Shown here piece by piece: positions 1 through 9,231 of a stretch of 59,808 nt of DNA. Under the pieces are notes generated by a model, which was given only the letters and a program-made list of their open reading frames with translations, was not told the origin of the DNA and did no database searches. The position numbers and the translations under genes were made by a program. Numbering within the stretch: the stretch's first letter is position 1; each line of letters opens with the position of its first letter. Origin of the DNA: a virus (taxonomy: Duplodnaviria; Caudoviricetes); the IMG/VR virus record IMGVR_UViG_3300033150_001833, positions 1 to 59,808 of that record; one strand, 5' to 3'.

Positions 1-5
1 TTGAT

Positions 6-458
6 TTGGCAAAATTGTTTCATGATAAATATGGAGGGTTTAAGCTTAGCGCAGTTGAAGATGCATTTTGTGGTTCTTTTGCTGATGCAAATTGGAGAGA
101 TTCTATTCTTAATAGATATGTTTTTTATGGTGATTTCAAGTTGATTTTTTCAATATATGCTCCACCAAGATTTTGGGAAGCTGCTGAAGCTCATACAATT
201 AATTTGGTTCCAGAGAGAATGAATGACCAGGAGTTTTTTCCCCCGATGCAAGATGGAGTTCACTATATAACTTATAAAGAGGACTTTTCAGACCTGCGCG
301 ATGTGTGTAATATTAACAAAGAAAAATTTCAGTACATCACACATAATTGTTTTGAGTTGTATGATACATGGATAAATAAACAAGATATCCATAGAGTCTC
401 GCCAAATTTATTAGCTTATATATTAAGTGAAATCGAGGCTGCGCATGGAAGTTTATGA
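6..458 (+). CDS. Glycosyltransferase-like protein, C-terminal part (5'-truncated by window)
   Basis: PRFWEAA...DGVHYITYKEDFSDL resembles the GT-B/CgeB-like C-terminal domain. Confidence 0.5.
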   Translation: MAKLFHDKYGGFKLSAVEDAFCGSFADANWRDSILNRYVFYGDFKLIFSIYAPPRFWEAAEAHTINLVPERMNDQEFFPPMQDGVHYITYKEDFSDLRDVCNINKEKFQYITHNCFELYDTWINKQDIHRVSPNLLAYILSEIEAAHGSL

Positions 459-1070
459 TTATGATTATTTCGAAAATGGCATTGAATCTGGGAAAAGCAA
501 TTACAGTCGGTACCGATGGATACCAGAGAGCTAACAATTCCGATGGCCATGACAATAATTGATTATCTCGGAATAAGGCAGGAGCATACAGTATTAGATT
601 TTGGTTGTTCAAAAGGATATCTTGTTAAAGCTATGCGGTGGCTTAATAGACAATGTTATGGAGTTGATATTAGTAAATACGCCATTAATAATTGTGATAA
701 TGAAGTTGCCAAATATTTAAGTCATAATCTTGGCACTAGACGGTTCGATTTTTGCATAGCAAAAGATGTATTTGAACATATTGAACTTTCTGAACTTGGT
801 TGTTTTTTAAAACAGTCCGTTGCAAAAAAATATTTTGTCATTATTCCGTTAGGTGAAAATGGCAAATACAGAGCCCCAGCAAATAATATGGATATAACTC
901 ATATTAATTGTATGACAGAAAATGAGTGGATAGATTTTTTTTCAAAATATCTTGATGTTGATGAGTTTACATTTTGTGTTAATGGAATCAAGGATAATTA
1001 TTATAATAAATTTCCGGAAGCGCACGGTTTTTTTACTCTAAAAAATGGGGGAGGTTTAAATCATGATTAA
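445..1070 (+). pseudogene. Class I SAM-dependent methyltransferase, frameshifted near the N-terminus
   Basis: VLDFGCSKG motif I, GVDIS, DVFEH. ATG445 frame (MEVYDYDYFENG...RWIPE) joins the 516-1070 frame (LTIPMA) if one AG is removed from agagag at 525-530. Confidence 0.75.
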
Positions 1071-1461
1071 AATATCATTATTTTTGTTGAAATCTGGGGC
1101 AGAAAACGCTGATATTGAAGAAGCTGTAAGATCAGTTACAAATAAAAACGTTGTGCCTGTCTATTTTTATCATATAAATTCAATAAGCGAGATTAACGAA
1201 ATTGAAAAACAAACTGATTGGTTTGTTGTTATGTATGATAATGAAACTATTAGTCCAGGGTTAATGGATGTACTTTCAATATATTTAGAACACTCAAAAC
1301 GAGATGCTCTTGTTTTATTTAAGAAAAAAAATTTAACGCTTACCAAGGCGCCAAGAGTGTTCAGGCGGCATATTGAATTGATGCCTGATAATCTACTACC
1401 AGTAGATACAACAACAGTATTTGAAGTAGTATTAGACGGATGGGTTAAGGAGCTGAGTTGA
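1063..1461 (+). CDS. Short GT-A (family 2-like) fold protein
   Basis: Hydrophobic N-terminal strand, WFVVMYDNE (DxD-like), PRVFRR; lies in the modification cluster. Confidence 0.4.
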   Translation: MIKISLFLLKSGAENADIEEAVRSVTNKNVVPVYFYHINSISEINEIEKQTDWFVVMYDNETISPGLMDVLSIYLEHSKRDALVLFKKKNLTLTKAPRVFRRHIELMPDNLLPVDTTTVFEVVLDGWVKELS

Positions 1462-1652
1462 TGGATAAAATAAAGGTGGGAGATTGGGTTAGGGTATTCG
1501 GTGAGGGATATGACGCTTTCCAGGTTGAGTGGATTAATGGGGACATTGTTGGAGTAAATGGTGATGCTGAGTCACTATCAAAAGTTACAAAGCTTGATTT
1601 GAATAAATATGGCATTCATACATTTGTTCATCATATGTGGTATGAAAAATGA
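1458..1652 (+). CDS. Hypothetical protein
   Basis: Overlaps neighbours with coupled stop/start, has RBS. Confidence 0.6.
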   Translation: MMDKIKVGDWVRVFGEGYDAFQVEWINGDIVGVNGDAESLSKVTKLDLNKYGIHTFVHHMWYEK

Positions 1653-2166
1653 TTCAATTACAATTTAATCCAGTAGATTACAGGCGGTATATGGGAGCAT
1701 TAAACAGAATATTGTCTCGATCAAAAAGGATTGCAATGCCTTGAATTTTCATACCTTGCTGATTGATAATATTTATAATGCAGATGCTAAATATGGGTTT
1801 CCCGGGAATGCACCATATAATCATAGATATGCAGCATGGAAAAAATCATGGGGTAATTTTTGGGTATTATATGGAGATCTTGTTAATAACATCGTTAAGA
1901 AGAGAACAACGAATGGATGGGCTGTCGGTATTCCAAAAGGGAAAATGGATTCGGGTGGAAAATCATGGTTCGGTAAAACAAAAACTCATCCGGCGCCACT
2001 AGGTGAATCAAGAGAAATAGCAATGTACGCTTATTATTTGGAATACGGGAGAAAGGGCCAAAAACCAAGACCAATTGTTGGTCCGACTAGAACAGAATAT
2101 GCTGAGAATGGTTGGCAAAAAACTGGTGTTAAGGTATTAAATAGCATAAAGATGCAGTGGAGATAA
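1649..2166 (+). pseudogene. HK97 gp10-like tail completion protein, apparently frameshifted at ~1730
   Basis: C-terminal YAYYLEYG...PRPIVGP motif. Coupled ATG1649 frame stops at 1744, and the remainder is in the -1 frame (1741-2166). Confidence 0.55.
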
Positions 2167-2167
2167 A

Positions 2168-2401
2168 ATGAAAGTCTTAAACATTCATCCTAAAGACGTT
2201 CATGTTGTAATTGAATTGTCATTAACGGAAATCGTTTATATTTTGGAGTACCTAAGTGTAAGTGTTGCAAACCCTGATAGATCTGGATATGAGAAATTTA
2301 ATGATGCCAAGGAATTTATAGAAAAAGATTTTTTCCCTGGACTCGACAAACTAACGGAGCACATTAATAATGAGTTTGGACCCGACAGCGCGCAGAGCTA
2401 A
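2168..2401 (+). CDS. Hypothetical protein
   Basis: ORF within the structural operon. Confidence 0.6.
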   Translation: MKVLNIHPKDVHVVIELSLTEIVYILEYLSVSVANPDRSGYEKFNDAKEFIEKDFFPGLDKLTEHINNEFGPDSAQS

Positions 2402-2831
2402 TATTAAAGATTCCGTAAAACGGTTTTTTCGCAGTACATATTCAGGAGAATTAACCTTTGATAAATCTTTATCTTCACCCGATTTAATGAATACTAAAGC
2501 AGTAGATCGGTGGGTTAATATTGATATTGGGGAAGTTGACCGAGGTTACATAACAACAGTCTCTCTTGAAATAATGTGTGCATCCAGAAAAGACCCAGAG
2601 GGGTTCAAGCTAGCACAATTAACTGACACTGTAATGGGGCTTATAACAGATACAACAATGTCAGATGGTATGAAGCGGATTCCGTTTTATCGTAGCATGA
2701 TTACCGGTGAATGGCCGTTGTTGGGCGCTTTTGTCGTACAGGATGTTTTTGAATCAAAAGAAATGTATGCTCCCGATAATACTAAATATATTATTTTATC
2801 TGCTATTTTAAAAACAGCATCAAAAATTTAG
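2370..2831 (+). CDS. Putative tail terminator protein
   Basis: Size and position upstream of the tail tube gene. Confidence 0.55.
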   Translation: MSLDPTARRANIKDSVKRFFRSTYSGELTFDKSLSSPDLMNTKAVDRWVNIDIGEVDRGYITTVSLEIMCASRKDPEGFKLAQLTDTVMGLITDTTMSDGMKRIPFYRSMITGEWPLLGAFVVQDVFESKEMYAPDNTKYIILSAILKTASKI

Positions 2832-2839
2832 AGGCAGTT

Positions 2840-3103
2840 ATGAGTTCTAATTACGTTCATTGTTCGTTGTGTGGTAAGGTACTCTTGGAACGTCAAGCAA
2901 ATGGTTTGTGGCGGTTTATTTTTGGTCGAGATAAAATTCATGGATTTGCTGTTGTTGATATTCAAATTTATGGATCAATTAAAATGAGATGTTTAAGGCG
3001 CCGGTGTAGAGCGGAACATCCTAATCACTGGAATGTCTTTAATTTTTTCCCAAATCAGGAATTTCCTCAGTCGGCACTGCCGAATCAATCAACTTCTAGT
3101 TGA
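2840..3103 (+). CDS. Com-like zinc-ribbon protein
   Basis: CxxCGKxL...IKMRCxxxxC pattern. Confidence 0.5.
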   Translation: MSSNYVHCSLCGKVLLERQANGLWRFIFGRDKIHGFAVVDIQIYGSIKMRCLRRRCRAEHPNHWNVFNFFPNQEFPQSALPNQSTSS

Positions 3104-3148
3104 ATCTTCGCCAATCAAGTTAAATCAATAAGAAGGAGGTGATATAGT

Positions 3149-3733
3149 ATGGCTCGTAAAGGACCTGTTACAAAAGATACGACTACTATTGCGTTAGGGT
3201 TGGCTCAGATTCGTGTTCTTGAATCAGCTACAAATATAGCCAGTGTTGATGCTGTTGGTAGTAGTAGTGATTCGATTGGTTCTCTTGCAAGTACCAAGTT
3301 TACTGGTAGCGCTGAGTATTATAATTTGGAAGGTGGTTTTCCGTTAATTCCTGAGTTTACTACAGCAATCAGAGAAGCTGCTAGCATGGAGTGCTCGTGG
3401 CGTGAATTAACTCCGTTTAATGTAGCGATGTCTTATGGCATTGATCCTACTTCCGGGTATGATGCCGCTCATTCTGGGGAGGTTGCTCTTGGCGGTAGGG
3501 TTGCGCCTGCATATGTTCGTATGGAGGCATTATATACGTATCCAGATGGTACGAGTAAGATGCATATTATTTTCCCGAGAGCCCAGGTTAAGTCATCTCT
3601 TGAATTGGACCTTCAATCAGAAGATTCGGTTGCAGTGCCAGTGACATTTGAAGCGATGAACGCATCCAGTGATGTTTCTGGCGGCGATGCTGCATGGGAT
3701 GATAAACCTTTGGGCAGAATTTATTGGGAATAA
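3149..3733 (+). CDS. Major tail (tube) protein
   Basis: Strong SD AAGGAGGTG; IIFPRAQV...VPVTFEA C-terminus; precedes chaperone and tape measure. Confidence 0.75.
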   Translation: MARKGPVTKDTTTIALGLAQIRVLESATNIASVDAVGSSSDSIGSLASTKFTGSAEYYNLEGGFPLIPEFTTAIREAASMECSWRELTPFNVAMSYGIDPTSGYDAAHSGEVALGGRVAPAYVRMEALYTYPDGTSKMHIIFPRAQVKSSLELDLQSEDSVAVPVTFEAMNASSDVSGGDAAWDDKPLGRIYWE

Positions 3734-3763
3734 CCTTTAACTAACCTGAAAAGGAGTATTATT

Positions 3764-4249
3764 ATGGCGGAGAATGATAGACTTAATCCGCAGATTACGG
3801 AAATTGAAGTTGGCACACGTAATCTGCGGAGCATTACTGTTTACCCGATGTCTTTGGCCGATGAAAAACTTTTTGGAGACGTTATTCAAAAAGCGCTACA
3901 GAAATATTTTGATCAGAAAGTCGGTGAAGAGGAAGCTGAGATTGTTGGATTTGTTGATTTTTTATTTAAACTGATTGAAAAAAACCTTATTAAAATACTT
4001 AGTTTAATTACCGATGAAGATAACCCAGAGAAAACTCTTGAAGAAATGACCAATTTTCAGCTCAGTGAGCTTATAATGACTATATATAAAGTAAACTTTG
4101 AGCAACCAGTAAAAAACGCCGAGAGCCTTCTCGACAAAGCGAAGAACTTACTGTTACGATCGAGGGGGCTATCACCACAGTCATCGAGCGATATCCTCAA
4201 TACGGACTTGACCACTTCTACAGACGAAGTTTCAAAGACGGAGGATTAA
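3764..4249 (+). CDS. Tail assembly chaperone (gpG-like)
   Basis: Lies between tube and tape measure; slippery A AAA AAC at 4111-4117. Confidence 0.8.
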   Translation: MAENDRLNPQITEIEVGTRNLRSITVYPMSLADEKLFGDVIQKALQKYFDQKVGEEEAEIVGFVDFLFKLIEKNLIKILSLITDEDNPEKTLEEMTNFQLSELIMTIYKVNFEQPVKNAESLLDKAKNLLLRSRGLSPQSSSDILNTDLTTSTDEVSKTED

Positions 4250-4539
4250 CCAGAAGTCAATTTTTAGTATTGTACGAAGAAACTCAAAAAAGAGAAGAAC
4301 TTCAAATGAAATTCATGGCTGCTATTCATGGCATTAATCTTGATGAGCAAAATGAATCATTAATCGCTCCTGCATCGTCGGAGATTGCTGGAACAAAAAA
4401 ACAGTCTGGTGGTTTTATGTTTAAGGCCCCTGGAGCATATAGCAATATGACGCAAGAAGAAAAGGAAAGAGAGACGCAACGCATGAAAGGAATGCATAAA
4501 CAGTGGGCTCTAAATAAGGCAAAAGTAATGGGGACCTGA
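4111..4539 (+). CDS. Tail assembly chaperone -1 frameshift extension (gpGT-like)
   Basis: -1 frame is open from the slippery site through ORF 4270-4539. Confidence 0.75.
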   Translation, partial: KKRREPSRQSEELTVTIEGAITTVIERYPQYGLDHFYRRSFKDGGLTRSQFLVLYEETQKREELQMKFMAAIHGINLDEQNESLIAPASSEIAGTKKQSGGFMFKAPGAYSNMTQEEKERETQRMKGMHKQWALNKAKVMGT

Positions 4540-4540
4540 T

Positions 4541-7500
4541 ATGGCTGATAAAACACTAACGCTTGGAACAGTCTTTACTGCTAATATTAGTAGTGTTACC
4601 GCTGCTATTGGAACATTGAGGAATGAAATGGCGCTCCTTAATAAAGGAATGACCAGTATTGGATCTCAAGCTTCAGGTGCGTCCAAAAAAGTTTCATCGA
4701 TGACCAGTCAGCTAAGTAAGGCGAGCGCTGGTACAAAAAAATTAGGCAATGCTCAAGCATGGACTGGTAAACAGATAGGTAAAGTTACTGGAGCATGGGA
4801 AAAACTGAAATCAGCTATGAAAGTCACTGCGTCATATGGCCTTGCATCCATGGCTATTTATGGTATTTACCAAGCGCTGCAATCAGGCATCACCGAAATT
4901 ATCAACTTTGACCAGGGTCTTAAAAATCTGCAAGCTATTTCTGGCGCAACAGCAGCACAAGTAATGGTAATGGGTGACGCTATCAAAAGCGTTGCTAAAG
5001 AAACCAAGTTTTCAACCGTTGAAGTTGCTGATGGAATGGTGTTACTTACTCAAGCTGGTTTTTCAGCCACCGAAGCCATGGCTGCTATAAGGTCTGTATC
5101 TTTATTAGCAACTGGTACCTTATCAAGCCTTCAGGTTACTTCTGATTTACTTACTACCACGATCAGGGCGTTTAGTCTTGAAGCCACGGAAGCTACTCGT
5201 GTAGCTGACGTCATGGCTAACGCCATTAATAAATCAAAATTAACAATTGATAAACTTAGAATATCCTTTAATTTTGTTGGTTCAGTAGCTGCTCAAACTG
5301 GTTTGTCTCTGGAACAGACAGCTGCATCAATGATGGTGCTTGCTAATAGTGGTTTACGGGCAAGCACAATTGGTACCGGGCTCAGGCAAGTGTTAGCTAG
5401 ATTAATGGCTCCTACTGGTAAGCTCCGGGAAGCATTTGAACAACACAATATTGAATTAGCTAAGGTAAATCCACGATTAGTTGGGTTTGAAACAGCGATT
5501 AAAAACCTTCTCCCCGTCATGTGGGATAGCGAGAAAGGCGCTGTCAATATGGCAAAAGCATTCGCGCTTTTTGGTTTGCGAGGGTCCCAGGCTGCGGGGA
5601 TACTTGTGAAGGCTTTTGCTGGATCTGAGTATGCGACCATGCTTGAAAAAGTATATGAGGTTGGTGCTTCGGAAGCAATGGCCGGTATTCAGGCAGAAGG
5701 TTTGGGTGTTAAACTTAAAAATTTGGCTGATAGATTTAAACTTGTGGCAGTTGCTTCAGGAGAAGCTGGCGTTGCTCATGCAATTGGATTGCTGATAGAT
5801 GTTCTTAGAAGCGCTGCTGGTTTAATGGAGGCATTTGCAAAGAATGTTGTTGGCTCCACACTTGTTGCATGGGGCGCATGGTCTCTTGTAATTGTTGGTA
5901 TTATAAAAAGTTTTAGAGTTTTAAAGTCTGTTATGAAAAGTATTGCTGTGTGGACTGGATTTCGAGCAGCAATAGGTACTATGATCTTTCAGTTTAAAAT
6001 GCTGAATGCGACGCTTCTTGTTTCAAATAATTATGTTAGAGGATTAAAAGCTGCGTGGATGGCATTTACATCTATGATTGCAAATATGTCGGTAATGGGT
6101 AAACTTGTTTTGATCTTTGGATTGGCGGCAACGGCCATTGGTCTTTTATCGGGCAGAACTAAAAAATATATTGAAAAGCTTGCAAAAACTGTTGAAACAA
6201 ACAGGGCGGCTATTGATTCAATCAGGCAGTATTCAGATTCGCTGGAAAACTTGAATGAAAAATTACAAAGGGGCGAGGATGTTACAGCTCAATATACTAC
6301 TACAATTGAACGTCTAAAGAAGGATCATAAAGATTTGGCTTTGTATGTTGATTTTAACACTGCTAGTCATGAGCAACTTAATCAGGCTATGATGGATATG
6401 CAGTGGGATAAATTCAATGCTGGCCTCGACGATTTAACTAAATTGGTTATTGCTCAGTCAGAACGTGTTGAACATCTTCGTACAGTCTTTGCTAATCTTG
6501 ATACAGATATTGCCCTTACTAGTCTTGGAATAGTGGGTCCTGATATAAAAGATGATGAGAATGTTGTTAAAAAAACATTTGAAACATGGGCCATGGGTCG
6601 GCAGGCATTGGTAGATTTAGCTAATACTCAACAATCATATATCGCGGCCATGGTATATTTTACAAAAATAGAAAAACAGAGCGCTGATGAAGCAAGAGAA
6701 AAGATCAAAATATATTTTGCAAAACACAATGCTATTGAAAAAGTAACGGATGCGCTCAATCAATTTAATAAAGCTCTTGAGAAATCATCAAAAATTGATC
6801 CTACTATAAACTTGAAAGATATTACAAAAGAATATGAATCATATTATAACACGCTCGACCTTCTTGGACAGGCGCATTTAGTTCAGGAAACAGCCAGCTC
6901 AATGTTGGCACAAAAACATCTTGAAGCTAATCTTCAGAAAAAAATAGGGACCCATAAAGATGCATGGAAAATTATTGGGGCTTTGATTGGAGAAAGTCAA
7001 GCCAAGATTTTGATGAAGCAAATAGATACCAACAAAAAAGAAAAAATGAGTGCAAGTGAATTAGTTGAATTTAAAAAAAGTGAGCTGAAAAAATATATTG
7101 ATGCTGTTGAGGCCGCTTATGAAAAAAGTGTTGTGTCCGAGAAGGATTCATATAAAGATTCAATCGCTGTTATAAAAGAAACATCTGATACAAAACTCGC
7201 CAATGAAAAACTGACCACTATTCAGCGAAACAATATTATTGCGCAATCTCTTGCGAAAGAAAAGAAATTAACAGAAAAGCACAACAAAACTCTTGAGGAT
7301 ATGGCGCAAAAGCATGAAGGCGTAATGATAGGCATTAAATCTGCCGGCGCTCAACTTGCAATTGATGATAAATCCGCAGATATTGCTACATTAAAAGCAA
7401 AGAAAAAACAAGCGGATATGGAGATAGCTATTGAATTAAGCAAGAGTAAGGCAATTCTTGAGATTAAAAAACGGGCAAGCATTGATGATATTGCTACGAT

Positions 7501-8626
7501 GGAAGCAATCAACAAAGAGGAGCGTGATCTTGAATTACAGGCTATGAAAAAAAGCCTGAAAAACTATCAAGAATATTATGAAGACCTGAAAAAAACCGAC
7601 AGTGTGTCTAAAACAGAGTTGCTTGCTGCTGCTCTTAAGCTTAACAAGATGATAGAAGCAGTAGAGGATAAAAAAACAAGCAACATGAAAGACGATACAA
7701 AAGACCGGAATGTTGCAGAAAAAAAAGCTTTTGATGAAAGTCTTGCAAATACTCAACTATATTCAGATGAATGGGTAACCATTATTAGGGAAATGTACTT
7801 GAAGGGGATGATAGGTCCTGCTGAATATAGAGATCAGATGACACAATATTTAGATGATCTTGCAGAGCAATGGAAGAAAGGTATAGTTCCGGTAGAAGAA
7901 TATTTGGCGGCTGTTAAGAAAGCGTTATTGGAAACAGCGATCAGTGAAGAAGATGCTAATGAAAGAAGAATAAGGGCAAACGGAACTTTTTGGGAAGCTT
8001 TAAAATGGGGATTTGAAAACAGTAAAACAGATCTTCTTTCCTGGCAGGATATTGTAATAGAGGTAGGACAAGGGTTCGTTAAACAGTTTGCTAATAATGC
8101 AGCAGGCGCATTGATGGATTTTGTCGATGGGACGAAATCAGCAAAAGAAGCATTTCAAGATTTTGCGCGCAGCACGCTTCGGTGGATTGCTGAGTTGATA
8201 ATCAAACTTACAATTATGAAGGCTCTGCAATCAATGGGTCTGGGTAGTAGCCTTGATGCTAGCGCCGGACTTGGAGCTGCTTGGGATACGGTTTCGTCGT
8301 GGGGCAGCGGCGGGATTATAGGAGTAACGCCCCAGCCTGTAAGAATTGTTAATCCCAATATATTTGCAAATGCTAAACACTATCAAAGTGGTGGTATAAT
8401 TGGCAATGAAGTTCCTATTATTGCTCATAAAAATGAGGGTATTTTCACTCCTGAACAAATGGCGGCAATGGGCGGCGGTCAAACAACAGTAGAATTAACC
8501 AACGTTAATATAGTAGATGACAGAGCATTGTCGCAATTGTTATCAACATCAAAGGGCAAATCAGCGATGTTGAATTTTATTGGAGAAAACGCAACCATGG
8601 TTAAAAAAGTATTGGGGAGTCGCTAA
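4541..8626 (+). CDS. Tail tape measure protein (TP901-like core)
   Basis: 1361 aa, Ala-rich; TKFSTVEVADGM...ADVMANAINKS...GTGLRQ motifs; coiled coil. Confidence 0.95.
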   Translation: MADKTLTLGTVFTANISSVTAAIGTLRNEMALLNKGMTSIGSQASGASKKVSSMTSQLSKASAGTKKLGNAQAWTGKQIGKVTGAWEKLKSAMKVTASYGLASMAIYGIYQALQSGITEIINFDQGLKNLQAISGATAAQVMVMGDAIKSVAKETKFSTVEVADGMVLLTQAGFSATEAMAAIRSVSLLATGTLSSLQVTSDLLTTTIRAFSLEATEATRVADVMANAINKSKLTIDKLRISFNFVGSVAAQTGLSLEQTAASMMVLANSGLRASTIGTGLRQVLARLMAPTGKLREAFEQHNIELAKVNPRLVGFETAIKNLLPVMWDSEKGAVNMAKAFALFGLRGSQAAGILVKAFAGSEYATMLEKVYEVGASEAMAGIQAEGLGVKLKNLADRFKLVAVASGEAGVAHAIGLLIDVLRSAAGLMEAFAKNVVGSTLVAWGAWSLVIVGIIKSFRVLKSVMKSIAVWTGFRAAIGTMIFQFKMLNATLLVSNNYVRGLKAAWMAFTSMIANMSVMGKLVLIFGLAATAIGLLSGRTKKYIEKLAKTVETNRAAIDSIRQYSDSLENLNEKLQRGEDVTAQYTTTIERLKKDHKDLALYVDFNTASHEQLNQAMMDMQWDKFNAGLDDLTKLVIAQSERVEHLRTVFANLDTDIALTSLGIVGPDIKDDENVVKKTFETWAMGRQALVDLANTQQSYIAAMVYFTKIEKQSADEAREKIKIYFAKHNAIEKVTDALNQFNKALEKSSKIDPTINLKDITKEYESYYNTLDLLGQAHLVQETASSMLAQKHLEANLQKKIGTHKDAWKIIGALIGESQAKILMKQIDTNKKEKMSASELVEFKKSELKKYIDAVEAAYEKSVVSEKDSYKDSIAVIKETSDTKLANEKLTTIQRNNIIAQSLAKEKKLTEKHNKTLEDMAQKHEGVMIGIKSAGAQLAIDDKSADIATLKAKKKQADMEIAIELSKSKAILEIKKRASIDDIATMEAINKEERDLELQAMKKSLKNYQEYYEDLKKTDSVSKTELLAAALKLNKMIEAVEDKKTSNMKDDTKDRNVAEKKAFDESLANTQLYSDEWVTIIREMYLKGMIGPAEYRDQMTQYLDDLAEQWKKGIVPVEEYLAAVKKALLETAISEEDANERRIRANGTFWEALKWGFENSKTDLLSWQDIVIEVGQGFVKQFANNAAGALMDFVDGTKSAKEAFQDFARSTLRWIAELIIKLTIMKALQSMGLGSSLDASAGLGAAWDTVSSWGSGGIIGVTPQPVRIVNPNIFANAKHYQSGGIIGNEVPIIAHKNEGIFTPEQMAAMGGGQTTVELTNVNIVDDRALSQLLSTSKGKSAMLNFIGENATMVKKVLGSR

Positions 8627-9231
8627 TGTTTATTCTTGAACCGGCTGAAACATGCTGCGCATTCTTCCCTCGATGGGATAATGACGTTATTTTAAAAAGA
8701 CGGTTTGTTACTGTTATTGTTGCCGCTGAGGAAGGCGACGAACAAAGAAGCGGAATTCACCCCACGCCTGCTCATTCTTTGTCGTATAATTTAATTACCA
8801 GGAATATTGCTGAAACTACTTATTTAAAGAGAAGGTTTAACAAATATATTAATAAAGTATGGGCTGTGCCAGTATGGCCGTACAATATGGAATTAACATC
8901 CGAGGCAACTGCAGGGTCGAACGTTTTAAATGTTAACAGCGCTTTTTACAGAGAGTTGGATAGTATTAGTTCAAATAATGAATATGCAGATGTCATTTTG
9001 GTGGCTGATTATAAAACAACAGAGTCGGGGGAAATCGTGTCTTTTGATGAAACAAGCATTATACTAGCTCAACCTTTAAGTTCTACATGGAAACAAGGCT
9101 CTAAATTATATCCGCTAATGAAAGCAACTTTAAATTATGCCATTAATCTTGAATCTCTGACCCCTGATAACGCAAAGATAAATTTTGAATTTCATGAGTC
9201 ATTCAGGTCGATTGTCTCTGGTGAGGTGTGA
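8626..9231 (+). CDS. Distal-tail/baseplate-like protein
   Basis: Follows tape measure; resembles the C-terminal domain of the next two genes (WAVPVW...ELTS vs LWFPS...VLTS). Confidence 0.6.
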   Translation: MFILEPAETCCAFFPRWDNDVILKRRFVTVIVAAEEGDEQRSGIHPTPAHSLSYNLITRNIAETTYLKRRFNKYINKVWAVPVWPYNMELTSEATAGSNVLNVNSAFYRELDSISSNNEYADVILVADYKTTESGEIVSFDETSIILAQPLSSTWKQGSKLYPLMKATLNYAINLESLTPDNAKINFEFHESFRSIVSGEV

